Shown here piece by piece: positions 55,310 to 64,000 of a DNA stretch of 64,000 nt. Each line of letters opens with the position of its first letter. Position 1 is the stretch's first letter. Under the pieces are notes generated by a model, which did not search any database, had not been told where the DNA came from, and worked only from the letters and a program-made list of their open reading frames with translations. Origin of the DNA: Hyaloraphidium curvatum SAG 235-1 (Eukaryota > Fungi > Monoblepharomycota); contig JAIVFI010000007.1 in the NCBI GenBank assembly GCA_025558095.1, positions 682,001 through 746,000 of the forward strand, given 5' to 3'. Position numbers and translations under genes: made by a program.

Positions 55310-57467
55310 TCAAGGACGGTGAGCCAGGAGCCGGCAGCAGGGATCCGGTTGACGTGGAGGCGGCCTTGGCCTGGGGGAAGCCGAGCTTGCGAACGGCCGC
55401 CTTGGCCTTCCGTTCCGCTTTGGCGGATTTGACGTCGATTTGCTGATACGGCTTGGCAACCTTGTCCGGGTTTGTCCCTGCCACATCCTCCACGGGACGG
55501 CCCTTGCCTGCGTGCTTGGGGCCTGGGGCCATCGTAGGATCACCAACCGCGGATGCCCCAGCGGCCTCATCGGCCGTGTGCATGTCTTCGCTTGGTGCCT
55601 CCGAGTTCGAACCATCGCCCTCAGCAGAGGCTTCGGAGGCGGCGTCGTTTCCACCCGAGGCCTCAGAGCCGGTGGCATCCTCCTCCATCGCAGATTCCGT
55701 GCCCTCCATTGCGGGAGCAGCAAGCTCCAGATCCTCCAGCGCGGTATTGGCTGCAACCTGCTGTGCAGCACTGCTGATGGCGTTCTCAGCGGCCAGCTGG
55801 TCGGCACCACCCATGTCCTCGTCCCCATCCTTGTCAGCCGGCTCCAAAATGGGAAGACCATGGAAATCCATCTTTTCGGCGGCGTCAGACTCCCCCCAAT
55901 CGACCGAAGCACCGGCACCACCACCACCGAGTGCCGAAAACCTGTTGTGGGACGCCTTGGCCACTGGCTGGGCAAGAGCTGGGGGCGCAGAGCCTGCGCG
56001 CTTGCCGGACGGCCCAGCTGTAAGCCACTCGTTGGCCGCAGGGGCGGTGGGGGAAGCCAGATGCGGAGGAACGACCTCTTCCCTCAGGGGGGGCAGCCGC
56101 GGGGTCGTGGCGGGCTCCACCGTTGGGGGAGAGAGCCGTACGTTGGCCGGGTTGTGAATGCAGTCCGCCTCGTGCGCACGGCGTGCTTGCGGGCTGGCAA
56201 AGGCGCCGGGATTCATGCGGTTGAGACCGTCTGGGCAGTAAGCACAGTTGGTGCACGTGGCATCGTCACCGACGTGGCCGCCCGTGCGCTTGCAGTGGCC
56301 GCACTGTCCGTTGCTACTGTCATAGCGGACAGCTGGGCGAAGGAGCTTGTGCTGGAGGAGTGTCCCCCACGAGTCAAGGAAGCAGTACGAGGGTGGGCCA
56401 ATGCGTGCTGCGCGGTCAAAGAAGGCATCAACCCCGCACTGCGAGACGTCGAAAGTGACCCGCCAGAAGGCGTTGCTGTCGGTGCCCGAGATGGGAGCCG
56501 CTTCAATGACTTGGCAAGGGGCCCCATAGTGGTTCTGGAAAGTCGCGTAGAGGCGGGCCCACCAGTCCGGGCACTCGTGCACCGAACCAGGGACGATCAT
56601 GGGCCCGATCTTGAGCTCGGCGTGCGTGTCCTTGAAGACAGGGTGGATGCGCAGCCGACGCGTCGGGCCGTTTGGGAACTTGACCTCCAGCACCCCCTGC
56701 TCCACCAAGGCGTTGATAGCGTCTGCCCCGTCGACAGCACCAACAACACAGAAGAGGTCCAGTCGCGAGTAACGCGGGTTGTAGCCTCGCGTCTCGGTCG
56801 TGAAGACGGTGGTGGGGAAGGTCGCCTTCGCCACGGCTTCGGCGACGACGCGCCGTCGGTCCTTTGGCACACCGTTGAGGTCGATGAGGCAGTGGGGGAC
56901 AGGCCCAATGAAGGCCGGCGTGTAGCCCCGACCGTTGGCGTGCGGTTGCACCCGATCGATGAGCTTGGCGTAGTTGGTGGGCGCCGAGAAAGGCATGGCA
57001 GAAGCCAGATGCTCCGCCATCGCGCCGTCCGTGACACGAACAATCGGGCGGTCGGGCGAGGTGCGCGACGTTGCTGCGGCGAAAGAGCGAGACCCCAGGC
57101 GCGTGGCGGGGGCGGTTGCTTTCGGGAGACGATTCTGCGGAGCCGGCTCCTCCCGGGCGCCGCCGTTGGCGGACGCGGGGCGGATTTCAGTGGTCGATTC
57201 AGCAGCGTCCTCCTTAGAACCTGTCAGCTGAGCCGTAGCACCAGCGGGGGCCGGCGCGGGCTCCTCTGCCGCGCCAGGGAGGCGAGGAGAGGCAGCGACG
57301 CCGGGAGCGTGGGAAGAGTGGACGGGATTCGCAAGCGCCTCCGAGGAGGCCGCGGCGAGCGCAGGGGAGACCTTGCCATCAGGCAGGACCACGGGAGCGG
57401 CCGCATCATTGGGCCCCTGCCCTGTGTCAGGGGGGTCCATTCCGGGTAAAATTGACGGCGGCGGCAT
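55302..57467 (-). CDS. Retrotransposon ORF1 (gag-like nucleic-acid-binding protein)
   Basis: 721-aa ORF inside the TSDs; disordered ends, globular core, CGHCKRTGGHVGDDATC knuckle and CAYC..HEADC finger. Confidence 0.8.
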   Translation of the reverse strand: MPPPSILPGMDPPDTGQGPNDAAAPVVLPDGKVSPALAAASSEALANPVHSSHAPGVAASPRLPGAAEEPAPAPAGATAQLTGSKEDAAESTTEIRPASANGGAREEPAPQNRLPKATAPATRLGSRSFAAATSRTSPDRPIVRVTDGAMAEHLASAMPFSAPTNYAKLIDRVQPHANGRGYTPAFIGPVPHCLIDLNGVPKDRRRVVAEAVAKATFPTTVFTTETRGYNPRYSRLDLFCVVGAVDGADAINALVEQGVLEVKFPNGPTRRLRIHPVFKDTHAELKIGPMIVPGSVHECPDWWARLYATFQNHYGAPCQVIEAAPISGTDSNAFWRVTFDVSQCGVDAFFDRAARIGPPSYCFLDSWGTLLQHKLLRPAVRYDSSNGQCGHCKRTGGHVGDDATCTNCAYCPDGLNRMNPGAFASPQARRAHEADCIHNPANVRLSPPTVEPATTPRLPPLREEVVPPHLASPTAPAANEWLTAGPSGKRAGSAPPALAQPVAKASHNRFSALGGGGAGASVDWGESDAAEKMDFHGLPILEPADKDGDEDMGGADQLAAENAISSAAQQVAANTALEDLELAAPAMEGTESAMEEDATGSEASGGNDAASEASAEGDGSNSEAPSEDMHTADEAAGASAVGDPTMAPGPKHAGKGRPVEDVAGTNPDKVAKPYQQIDVKSAKAERKAKAAVRKLGFPQAKAASTSTGSLLPAPGSPSLNA

Positions 57468-57489
57468 TGGGTGTGCGTTTCGGGTGCGT

Positions 57490-58070
57490 CTCAGAAGCCA
57501 CGAGGTCGACGAGGTGGTGGCCGGATGCTCTGCCGCGGAGGCTGCGGGCGCCCGATGCGCGCGGGCCCGGGCCGGAGCCGGCCGCGTCGGCCAAGCTCGA
57601 CCCGCCCGCGCTGCTCCGCGCCCTGCCGCCGCCGCTGAGGCTGCTGATCGCCGCGCAGCTCTGGCTGGCCGTGCACTACATCGGCTTGCCCGACGCCGTT
57701 CTGCCCCCCTCTACACGGTGACCATGATCCTCAGCGTCGCCTACGTCGCCTTCTGGGACCTGCTCGCCGTCGCCGCCTCCAACGGGCAGGCAAACGCCAC
57801 CGCATCCTTGCTCCTCCAGGCGAGCCGGGAATGCCGGTCGCTCCTCGCTTTTTCGGCGCCGGATCCGGCAATGGCGCAGCACCCGGAGCTGCTGCGGGCG
57901 TTTGCGGAGGGGGGGGGGCGGGGGGGAGGGCGAGGTGGCTGTGGTTCGAGCCGGACTACGGGTCCGCGAGGGCCGTGGCGATCGCGGCGTTCACGGTCGC
58001 GGTGGGGTTGTGGTCGGTGTTCAGGTCGAGCGGGGTTTACCTGACGCCGGAGCTGGCGTGCTGGGGTTGA
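57490..58070 (+). pseudogene. Fragment of a membrane-protein gene, frameshifted in homopolymer runs, with no in-frame start
   Basis: Hydrophobic segments spread over three frames (LLIAAQLWLAVHY; ILSVAYVAFWDLL; AIAAFTVAVGLW), with switches at C and G runs. These may be sequencing errors. Confidence 0.35.
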
Positions 58071-58230
58071 GAACATGGACGGGGCATGCAGAGCATCCCG
58101 CCGGCTATATCCCCCGGTGGTTAGGCCAGAGGCGGCCTAACTTCTGTGGAATGGAGCCCAGTTACGAATGAATGAAGATTGCTTTGAAAACATCGTTATC
58201 AGAAGATTCAGATCGGGATACAAACGTAAG

Positions 58231-60021
58231 CTACCGCTCGGCCCTTTTTGAGTTACCTTCTCCTGCCATCGCTTTTGCTGCGGCGAAGTACTTCCTCATC
58301 GACGTTTGTACAGCTGCGCCCGAGTTTCGAAGCAGGGCGTCCACGTTCTTAGCAACCACGTTGAGGCGCGCCAGCACCTTGTCTTTGTCGAGCGGCGGCT
58401 CTGGGGTCCATTCCAGAGCTTCCAACACCTGAATCATCAGGTTCTGAATCCTCTTGGAGGAATCGACCACGAACTGCTGGGCACCTTCGACTTCCAGCTT
58501 CTCCATCTTGTCCCGGAAGCGGATGACTCGCATACCCGAGGCCAGCAGGTGGTGCGTCTTTTTCTCATCTTGCTCGCGAACTTCGTCGGTGCCGTGACGA
58601 TACGTTCCATCGAACTCAATGGCGACATGGCGTCCCTCGACTTCAATCACGGCATCGGGGGAGATCCGGCCCGAAACAAAGTCTTGTGATTTTGGTGCTG
58701 CAACAGTCCGCTTCATGGCTTCCACGACGACATCCGTGGCCAAGTCGGGCTCTTCCGGCCACCGACTGCCGAGTAGGCAGTACATGGTCGCAACAACGGC
58801 ATGGATCTCTGGCACCGAACGACCAACGAGGAGTTTGCCACAGGTTCGCTCATCTCCAGTGCAGCAGGACATCCGGCTGCCGTGTTCGCAGGGCAGATGC
58901 GTTTCCCTGTGCTTGGTAAGATCACTGCTTCTGGACATTGCAACATGGCATTGGTTACCATCCGAGCCAATGATGCCACAGATGTAGGGCCTCTCGCCCG
59001 TGTGGATCCGGATGTGCGACCTCAAGGCGCTGGGGTCGGAGAACGCGCTCTCGCAAGATGTTCCGTCAGGAAGATCGCAGATGCAAACGAAGGGTTTCTC
59101 GCCGGTGTGGATGCGCTTGTGGTTCGTGAGCGAGCTCTTCTGCACCCATCCTTTTCCACAAACACTGCCATCCGGCAAAGGATAGTCGCAAAAGAACTTC
59201 TTCACCCCAAGATGAAAAGCTACGTGTTTGTCTCTGTTACCGGAGTAAGCAAAGGCCTTCTCACAGATGTCGCAAAGGTATCTCAGGTTCTTGGTGTGAA
59301 CACTGTCTCGGTGGCGGCTACGAGCGCTCATGTCAGCGAAGGCGGCAGTGCACTTGGTCCCATCCTCGAGCTCGAAATCGCAAACGAATGGTTTTTCCCC
59401 CGTGTGCGTACGCAGATGGTTCTCTCTCGCCCATTTCGTGGGGAAAGCCCTGATGCAGGGCCCTTCATCATCAAACTTGAAGTTGCACACAAACGTCTTT
59501 TCACCGGTGTGAGTGAGAATGTGTCTGTTCCGTGTGGCGCTTTGCGTAAAGGCCTCCTGGCACGGTGTTCCGTCCTCGAGCTCGAAGCCGCAAATGTGGG
59601 GGCGCTCTCCCGTGTGCGTCAGACGATGCGTGTTTCGGGCTCCGATATCACTAAAAGCTTTAGGGCAATCTGACCCGTCTTTGCGCTTTAGCCCGCACGG
59701 ATACCTGCGCTCCCCCGTGTGCGAAGCCATGTGTCTGTCGCGAGCGCCACTTTGCGTGAACGCCTTCTGGCACTTCGTACCGTCCTTAAGCTCATAATGG
59801 CACACAAAAGGACGTTCCTTGGTGTGTGTTCGGATGTGGCGGACCCGAGACGATGCGTCCGCGAGCACAGCGGGGCACAAGGAGCCGTCGGGGAGTTCGA
59901 AACCGCAAGGGACGCCGCCCGGGTCCCCCGGGGCTCGGTTCGGCCGTCTCCCGCGCCCAGAGGGCCCCGTGGGCACCACTTTCACCAAGCCATCGTGCTG
60001 AGCGACCGATGAGTCGCTCAT
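58231..60021 (-). CDS. Intronless 10x C2H2 zinc-finger array fused to a C-terminal Vsr/DUF559-like PD-(D/E)xK-type endonuclease
   Basis: Ten fingers (58897-59907), mostly with HTGE(K/R)-type linkers; CEHG..CC..C motif; SPDAVI..VAIEFDGTYRHG..QDEKKTHHLLASGMRVIRFR (~58500-58670). Confidence 0.88.
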   Translation of the reverse strand: MSDSSVAQHDGLVKVVPTGPSGRGRRPNRAPGDPGGVPCGFELPDGSLCPAVLADASSRVRHIRTHTKERPFVCHYELKDGTKCQKAFTQSGARDRHMASHTGERRYPCGLKRKDGSDCPKAFSDIGARNTHRLTHTGERPHICGFELEDGTPCQEAFTQSATRNRHILTHTGEKTFVCNFKFDDEGPCIRAFPTKWARENHLRTHTGEKPFVCDFELEDGTKCTAAFADMSARSRHRDSVHTKNLRYLCDICEKAFAYSGNRDKHVAFHLGVKKFFCDYPLPDGSVCGKGWVQKSSLTNHKRIHTGEKPFVCICDLPDGTSCESAFSDPSALRSHIRIHTGERPYICGIIGSDGNQCHVAMSRSSDLTKHRETHLPCEHGSRMSCCTGDERTCGKLLVGRSVPEIHAVVATMYCLLGSRWPEEPDLATDVVVEAMKRTVAAPKSQDFVSGRISPDAVIEVEGRHVAIEFDGTYRHGTDEVREQDEKKTHHLLASGMRVIRFRDKMEKLEVEGAQQFVVDSSKRIQNLMIQVLEALEWTPEPPLDKDKVLARLNVVAKNVDALLRNSGAAVQTSMRKYFAAAKAMAGEGNSKRAER

Positions 60022-60088
60022 CCTCTGTGGAGGTCGCCAAAAGACAAGTTTCGGGCGCTCTCAACTTGGATCATGGCTGGTGCCCAAG

Positions 60089-60424
60089 TTGCTAGTAATG
60101 AGGAGCTAGCAATCCCACCGTAAAATCGCCCCTACGCCCCAAGAATCAGCTCCTCATCTACATTCAAACCAAAAGCGACCGGCGCGGGGGCCGGAGCATT
60201 GACAGCGGCGGCTTCGGTGCACAGCTGAAGCCAGTGTTGGAGTTGGGCCGCGACGCCAAGAGCCCAGGCCACCGCGATCCGTTCGCGGAAGCGCCGCACA
60301 AAACGAGAGTAAAGGCCATCGAGGTCCACGGGCTGCCCATCGCGGCCGACGATCCCGGGGTACTGGATGCGCCCCATCTCCGAGGAGAAGCGCGAGAAAG
60401 TGTCAGAGCGGTCTCTACGGGCTT
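60089..60424 (-). mobile_element. 5'-truncated copy (~310 bp) of the CRE-like retrotransposon
   Basis: 60095-60408 is nearly identical to 50507-50826 (last ~90 codons plus 3' UTR). Candidate 8-bp TSD TGCCCAAG at 60081-60088 and 60425-60432. Confidence 0.9.
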
Positions 60425-60440
60425 TGCCCAAGAACAAATA

Positions 60441-62264
60441 TCAAGATCCTGCAATGCTCAGCGCGGCCTGCTTGTTCAGCGCCCTGGCGGCCTTGCACAC
60501 GCACCCTCCCCCGTGCCCGCCCCTGCCGCACCCCTCGCCCGACCAGAGCGCCCTCGCGGCCTTGGTCTCCCTCCTCCGCACGGCGTCCTCGGGAACGGGA
60601 AACCATCTCCCCTCGAACATGGTCCCCACAACGTCCACGGCGTCCAGGCCCGAGGGATCGACGGCGTAGGGATCCTCGGCGAGCACGGTGAAGTTTGCAA
60701 CCTTGCCCTTCTCGATCGACCCCAGCCTGTCCTCCATCCTCCACGACCGCGCCGCCTCGATCGTGATGGCCCGCATCGCATCGGCGACGGGGATCCGCTG
60801 CTCGGGCGCGGCGATTCTGCCCGTCTCGGTGAAGCGGTTGGCGCCGCACCACGCCAGGAACAGCGGATCGGCGGGCCCCATCGGCATGTCGCTGTGGAAA
60901 GACAGCGGGATACCGCGGTCCAGCACCGACTTGGCCCGGACCATGCTATCGGCCCTCTCGGGCCCCAGCCCGCTGCGCGCGAACCGCTCCGAGAAGCCAG
61001 TGACGTAGTACGGGTTGGCCGACACGTGCGCGCCCAGCGCCGCGATGCGGTCCACCAGGGCCTCGGTCGAGTTGGCAAAGTGCACGATCACGGTGCGGTG
61101 GTCCTCGCGGGGGTTGGCCGCGGCGACGCGCTCCAGGGCGTCCAGGAGGGTCTCGAGGCCGAGGTCGCCGTTGACGTGGATGTGCAGCTGCCACCCGGCG
61201 TCCCAGTAGACCTTGGCAAAGGCTTCGAGGACGTCTGGTTTCATCAGCCATTCACCGTGATGGTGCGGAGCGGGCTGGCCCTGGTCGTCGAGGTACGGGT
61301 CCTTCATCTGCATCAGCTGCGAGATGATGGCCCCGTCCATGAACAGCTTGACGTGCTTGTCGAGCATGCGGACCTTTCCCTCGGGCGCAATGGCGACCTG
61401 CTTCTGGGCGTCGGCGACGGCATCCTTGGGGTCCATCCCCTTGTCGGCCTGCGTCCGGGCGTCGACCATGAAGGTCGAGTACATGGGCACGGCGTCGGCG
61501 CCCAGGATCGCCTGGTACAGCTGGAACGGCTCCTGGTCGAACACGATGCCGGGCTCGTTGAAGGCTGTGACGCCGTTTGCGTGCAGGTACTCGACCATTT
61601 GCTTCAGGCCTTTCACGAGGCGGTCCTTGGTCAGGAAGACGGGGCCGAGCTTCTTCAGCAGGCCGACAAAGAAGCCCGTCTCCCAAAAGTGCCCCTTGGC
61701 GATGTCCGAGGTGGCCGCCACCATCGGCGCCTCGAAGTCCGCGGGGACGAGGGCTAGCCGCGCGATGGCGGCCGAGTTGACGTAGAACTCGTGGGCCGAG
61801 CGGTGCCACACCCCCACGGGACGCGTCGGCGCGATTTCGTCCAAAACAGCGCGGTCGAGGGGCCCGTGCCACAGCGCGTGATAGCCCCACGAGAAGAGCC
61901 ACTCGTCGGGATCGGCCAGCTTGGCGCTGGCGACGCGCAGGCGGGCGCGGTACTCGTCCTGCGACATGGCCGCGGGGAACGACCCGTCGGGCATCGTCCA
62001 CGTCTCGGTGGAAATCACTTCCGTCGTCATCGTTGTAGCGACCAGGATCGGGTGCAGGTGCTGCTCGACGAAGCCCGGGAACACGCACAGCCCCGCGAAC
62101 CGCGCGTCGACGGTGTGCGGCTCGCCGCCGAGCTCGGCGAGCACCTCGGCGAGGCTGCCCACCGCCGCGACGGTCCTGCCGCGCACAGCGACGGCTTCGG
62201 CCTCGGCCGGCGCGCCCATCGTAAAGAAGCGGCCGGGATGATAAACCGTGACGGCCTCCGCCAT
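60441..62264 (-). CDS. Amidohydrolase-3 (YtcJ-like) metal-dependent hydrolase, bacterial-type, intronless
   Basis: FPGFVEQHLHP, HRSAH..VNSAA, KLFMDG, HIHVNGD, VIVH, SFHSDMP, TIEAA..GSIEKGKVANFTVL. Confidence 0.92.
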   Translation of the reverse strand: MAEAVTVYHPGRFFTMGAPAEAEAVAVRGRTVAAVGSLAEVLAELGGEPHTVDARFAGLCVFPGFVEQHLHPILVATTMTTEVISTETWTMPDGSFPAAMSQDEYRARLRVASAKLADPDEWLFSWGYHALWHGPLDRAVLDEIAPTRPVGVWHRSAHEFYVNSAAIARLALVPADFEAPMVAATSDIAKGHFWETGFFVGLLKKLGPVFLTKDRLVKGLKQMVEYLHANGVTAFNEPGIVFDQEPFQLYQAILGADAVPMYSTFMVDARTQADKGMDPKDAVADAQKQVAIAPEGKVRMLDKHVKLFMDGAIISQLMQMKDPYLDDQGQPAPHHHGEWLMKPDVLEAFAKVYWDAGWQLHIHVNGDLGLETLLDALERVAAANPREDHRTVIVHFANSTEALVDRIAALGAHVSANPYYVTGFSERFARSGLGPERADSMVRAKSVLDRGIPLSFHSDMPMGPADPLFLAWCGANRFTETGRIAAPEQRIPVADAMRAITIEAARSWRMEDRLGSIEKGKVANFTVLAEDPYAVDPSGLDAVDVVGTMFEGRWFPVPEDAVRRRETKAARALWSGEGCGRGGHGGGCVCKAARALNKQAALSIAGS

Positions 62265-62405
62265 CGTCGTGGGTCGCTGGGGGCGTTGCGGAGTTGGGAT
62301 GAAGGTGGTTCAGGGTCGCCGTCCGCGGACACGGTCCAATGTCCACATCCCCTTGCCCCCACAGCCCGTACCGCAATCGGCAATGTTGACCGGGCGGCAG
62401 CTACT

Positions 62406-63162
62406 TTACATGGATTTCCAGGCCACGAGCGAAGCCTGTCCCTCGCTTCCCGTCGCGATTCGTGGCTGCCATCTAGATGCAGGTGCTGTAAAGGTACGCC
62501 ACGGAGCTGCCGACGTTGGGGCTAGCGGTGCACGTCGAGCCGTAGGCACAGAGGCAGACCAAGCTGCTGGAGTCCTGCAATCCGGGCCCGGGCCGTCAGG
62601 CAGATCCTCGCGGCGATGGAAGCGCGCGCTCACCGTCACCCACAGCTCGGCCACGAAGGGGTCCCCGGCGGCCCACTGGTTGCCGCACAATGTCTTGCAC
62701 TCGCCGATGTATCCCGCCGCCTTGGCGTCGGCCACGACGGCGCCGGAAGCTTTGAGCGTCGAGATGGAGTTCGTCTCGAGGCAGGAATTCGGCGGAGTGT
62801 TCTCTTGCACCGACACGCAGAGGCCGTCGCCGTACCGCCTGTAGAGCGCCGAAGCGTAGCGGGGCGATGTCACGCAGGCGACCGAGCCCTGCGGCGCGTC
62901 GGGGTGCGCGAACTCGCTGCGGTCCGTCAGCACGTGGAACGGAGGGGCGCGGCGGAACCGGGACCGACCAAAACGCGTCGACGTCGCAATCGCTGCAGCT
63001 GCGGGCGAAAATGACGCCGGCGGCGGGTGCGCTGGGCGGATGGCATCGTCAGCACCCAGCAGCCGACCGCGCGCGCGGCGCGGCTCACGCGTCGGCGTTG
63101 CGCGCGGCGCAGGCGAGCAGCCCAAAGAGAAGCAGCGCGCGGAGCTCGGTCCTCCTGATCAT
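62406..63162 (-). CDS. Hypothetical secreted protein, spliced
   Basis: Signal-like MIRRTELRALLLFGLLACAARNADA followed by a GTGAG donor; Cys-containing downstream exon. Boundaries uncertain. Confidence 0.4.
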
Positions 63163-63212
63163 CGTGGCCGTGGGAGCAGATTGGAGATTGGACGGGGTCT
63201 GATGGTCTGATG

Positions 63213-63331
63213 GCGGGGTCTCGGCCCCGAGGCGATCGGTGCGGTAGGGCGGCTGGGCGGCCCGATTTCAATGCGGGGTCTCGGCCCCGAGGCGATCGGT
63301 GCGGTAGGGCGGCTGGACGGCCCGATTTCAA
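63213..63331. repeat. 60-bp tandem duplication
   Basis: GCGGGGTCTCGGCCCCGAGGCGATCGGTGCGGTAGGGCGGCTGG(G/A)CGGCCCGATTTCAA x2, one mismatch. Confidence 0.95.
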
Positions 63332-63409
63332 ACCAAGACAATATACACGAAAAGCGAAGCCTTGCCCCCCGAAATTTACCCTTCCATCTCGTAGAGCCAC
63401 TGAGCCGTG

Positions 63410-64000
63410 CCCTCCACCCGACGAAGCCGAGCCCGCCGTGGCGACGGGGCAAGAAGATCTGGTTCGTGAGGTCGCCATCTGCGGGCGTGTTGGGGGCCGG
63501 AAGATGAGTTTGAGGAACGCCCATAAGGGTGCGAAGGTACGTGTCGCGCATGGCCGCCCGGATTCGCTCCGCTTCCGGGGCCGTGATGCGGGCCGGCACG
63601 GTCTGCGCCGTGTAGGTGAACTGCAGGGCGAAGCACTTTTCCAGTACCTGGCCCAAGCTATGGCGAAGCGGCAGCTGGCGGCCGGCTGAGGTGACGAGGC
63701 CCTGCTGGAGAGCTCTCCCCGGGGAAAGAAGTATGTCGATGGTGCTCTGTGCGATGCCGTGGACGCGCTGCCGCAGGAAGTCGTCCGTGCCGATGGGGAT
63801 GCCGACAACGATGAAGCCGGCTGGGGAGTAGCGAAGGCGGTGTTCCTCCGCCATCGCGGCGAGGCGTTGGTGGGCGGTGGGAACAACCCGCCGGCCACCG
63901 CCCAGCCGCCGCCTCCGGCGCCAAGAACACAGGTTGGCAGTGCGCCAAGCCCCCGTCCCCAATGCCGATCCGCTGGTGGTGGATTGCTTGCCGATCTTAT
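63410..64000 (-). mobile_element. Fragment of a second, divergent CRE-like retrotransposon family (post-RT region)
   Basis: GFIVVGIPIGTDDF...QIFLPRRHGGLGF parallels GLKVVGAPVGTPAY...QVFLGLHYSGMGL in 50550..54461. 3'-truncated and runs off the window. Confidence 0.75.

Larger units (their letters stand above)
50503..57468 (-). mobile_element. CRE-like non-LTR retrotransposon (RT + restriction-like endonuclease), ~7 kb, with 12-bp TSD
   Basis: GGGTGTGCGTTT occurs directly on both sides (50491-50502 and 57469-57480); uninterrupted ORFs; short 3' UTR without poly(A). Confidence 0.9.

Overview
Eukaryotic, very GC-rich, gene-dense DNA with short (~50-70 nt) GT..CTGAC..AG introns. NOP58, fused HIS7, a talin-like FERM gene and CBM18/fasciclin genes point to an early-diverging (chytrid-like) fungus (inference). 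Bases 1-8140 are a CpG-depleted nest of TE remnants: LINE 3' end, Ty3/gypsy pol, APE fragment, Ty1/copia RNase H plus LTR, and an internally deleted Helentron-like element with intact termini. Next come an intronless four-enzyme fusion (HAD phosphatase + KdsD-like isomerase + nucleotidyltransferase + APH-like kinase) and a large intron-containing Fanzor1 (TnpB-like RuvC nuclease) with an N-terminal zinc-knuckle array and a premature TGA. From 16 to 50 kb are host genes, including two EGF-CBM18-FAS1 paralogs whose hevein domain is split by a long dibasic-site-rich insert. The right end holds a TSD-flanked CRE-like RT/RLE retrotransposon with three start/stop-overlapping ORFs, a short second copy, and an intronless gene fusing 10 C2H2 fingers to a Vsr/DUF559-like endonuclease (a candidate natural zinc-finger nuclease). 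No rRNA, tRNA or CRISPR array was recognised. All calls come from motif recognition by eye; no searches were run.
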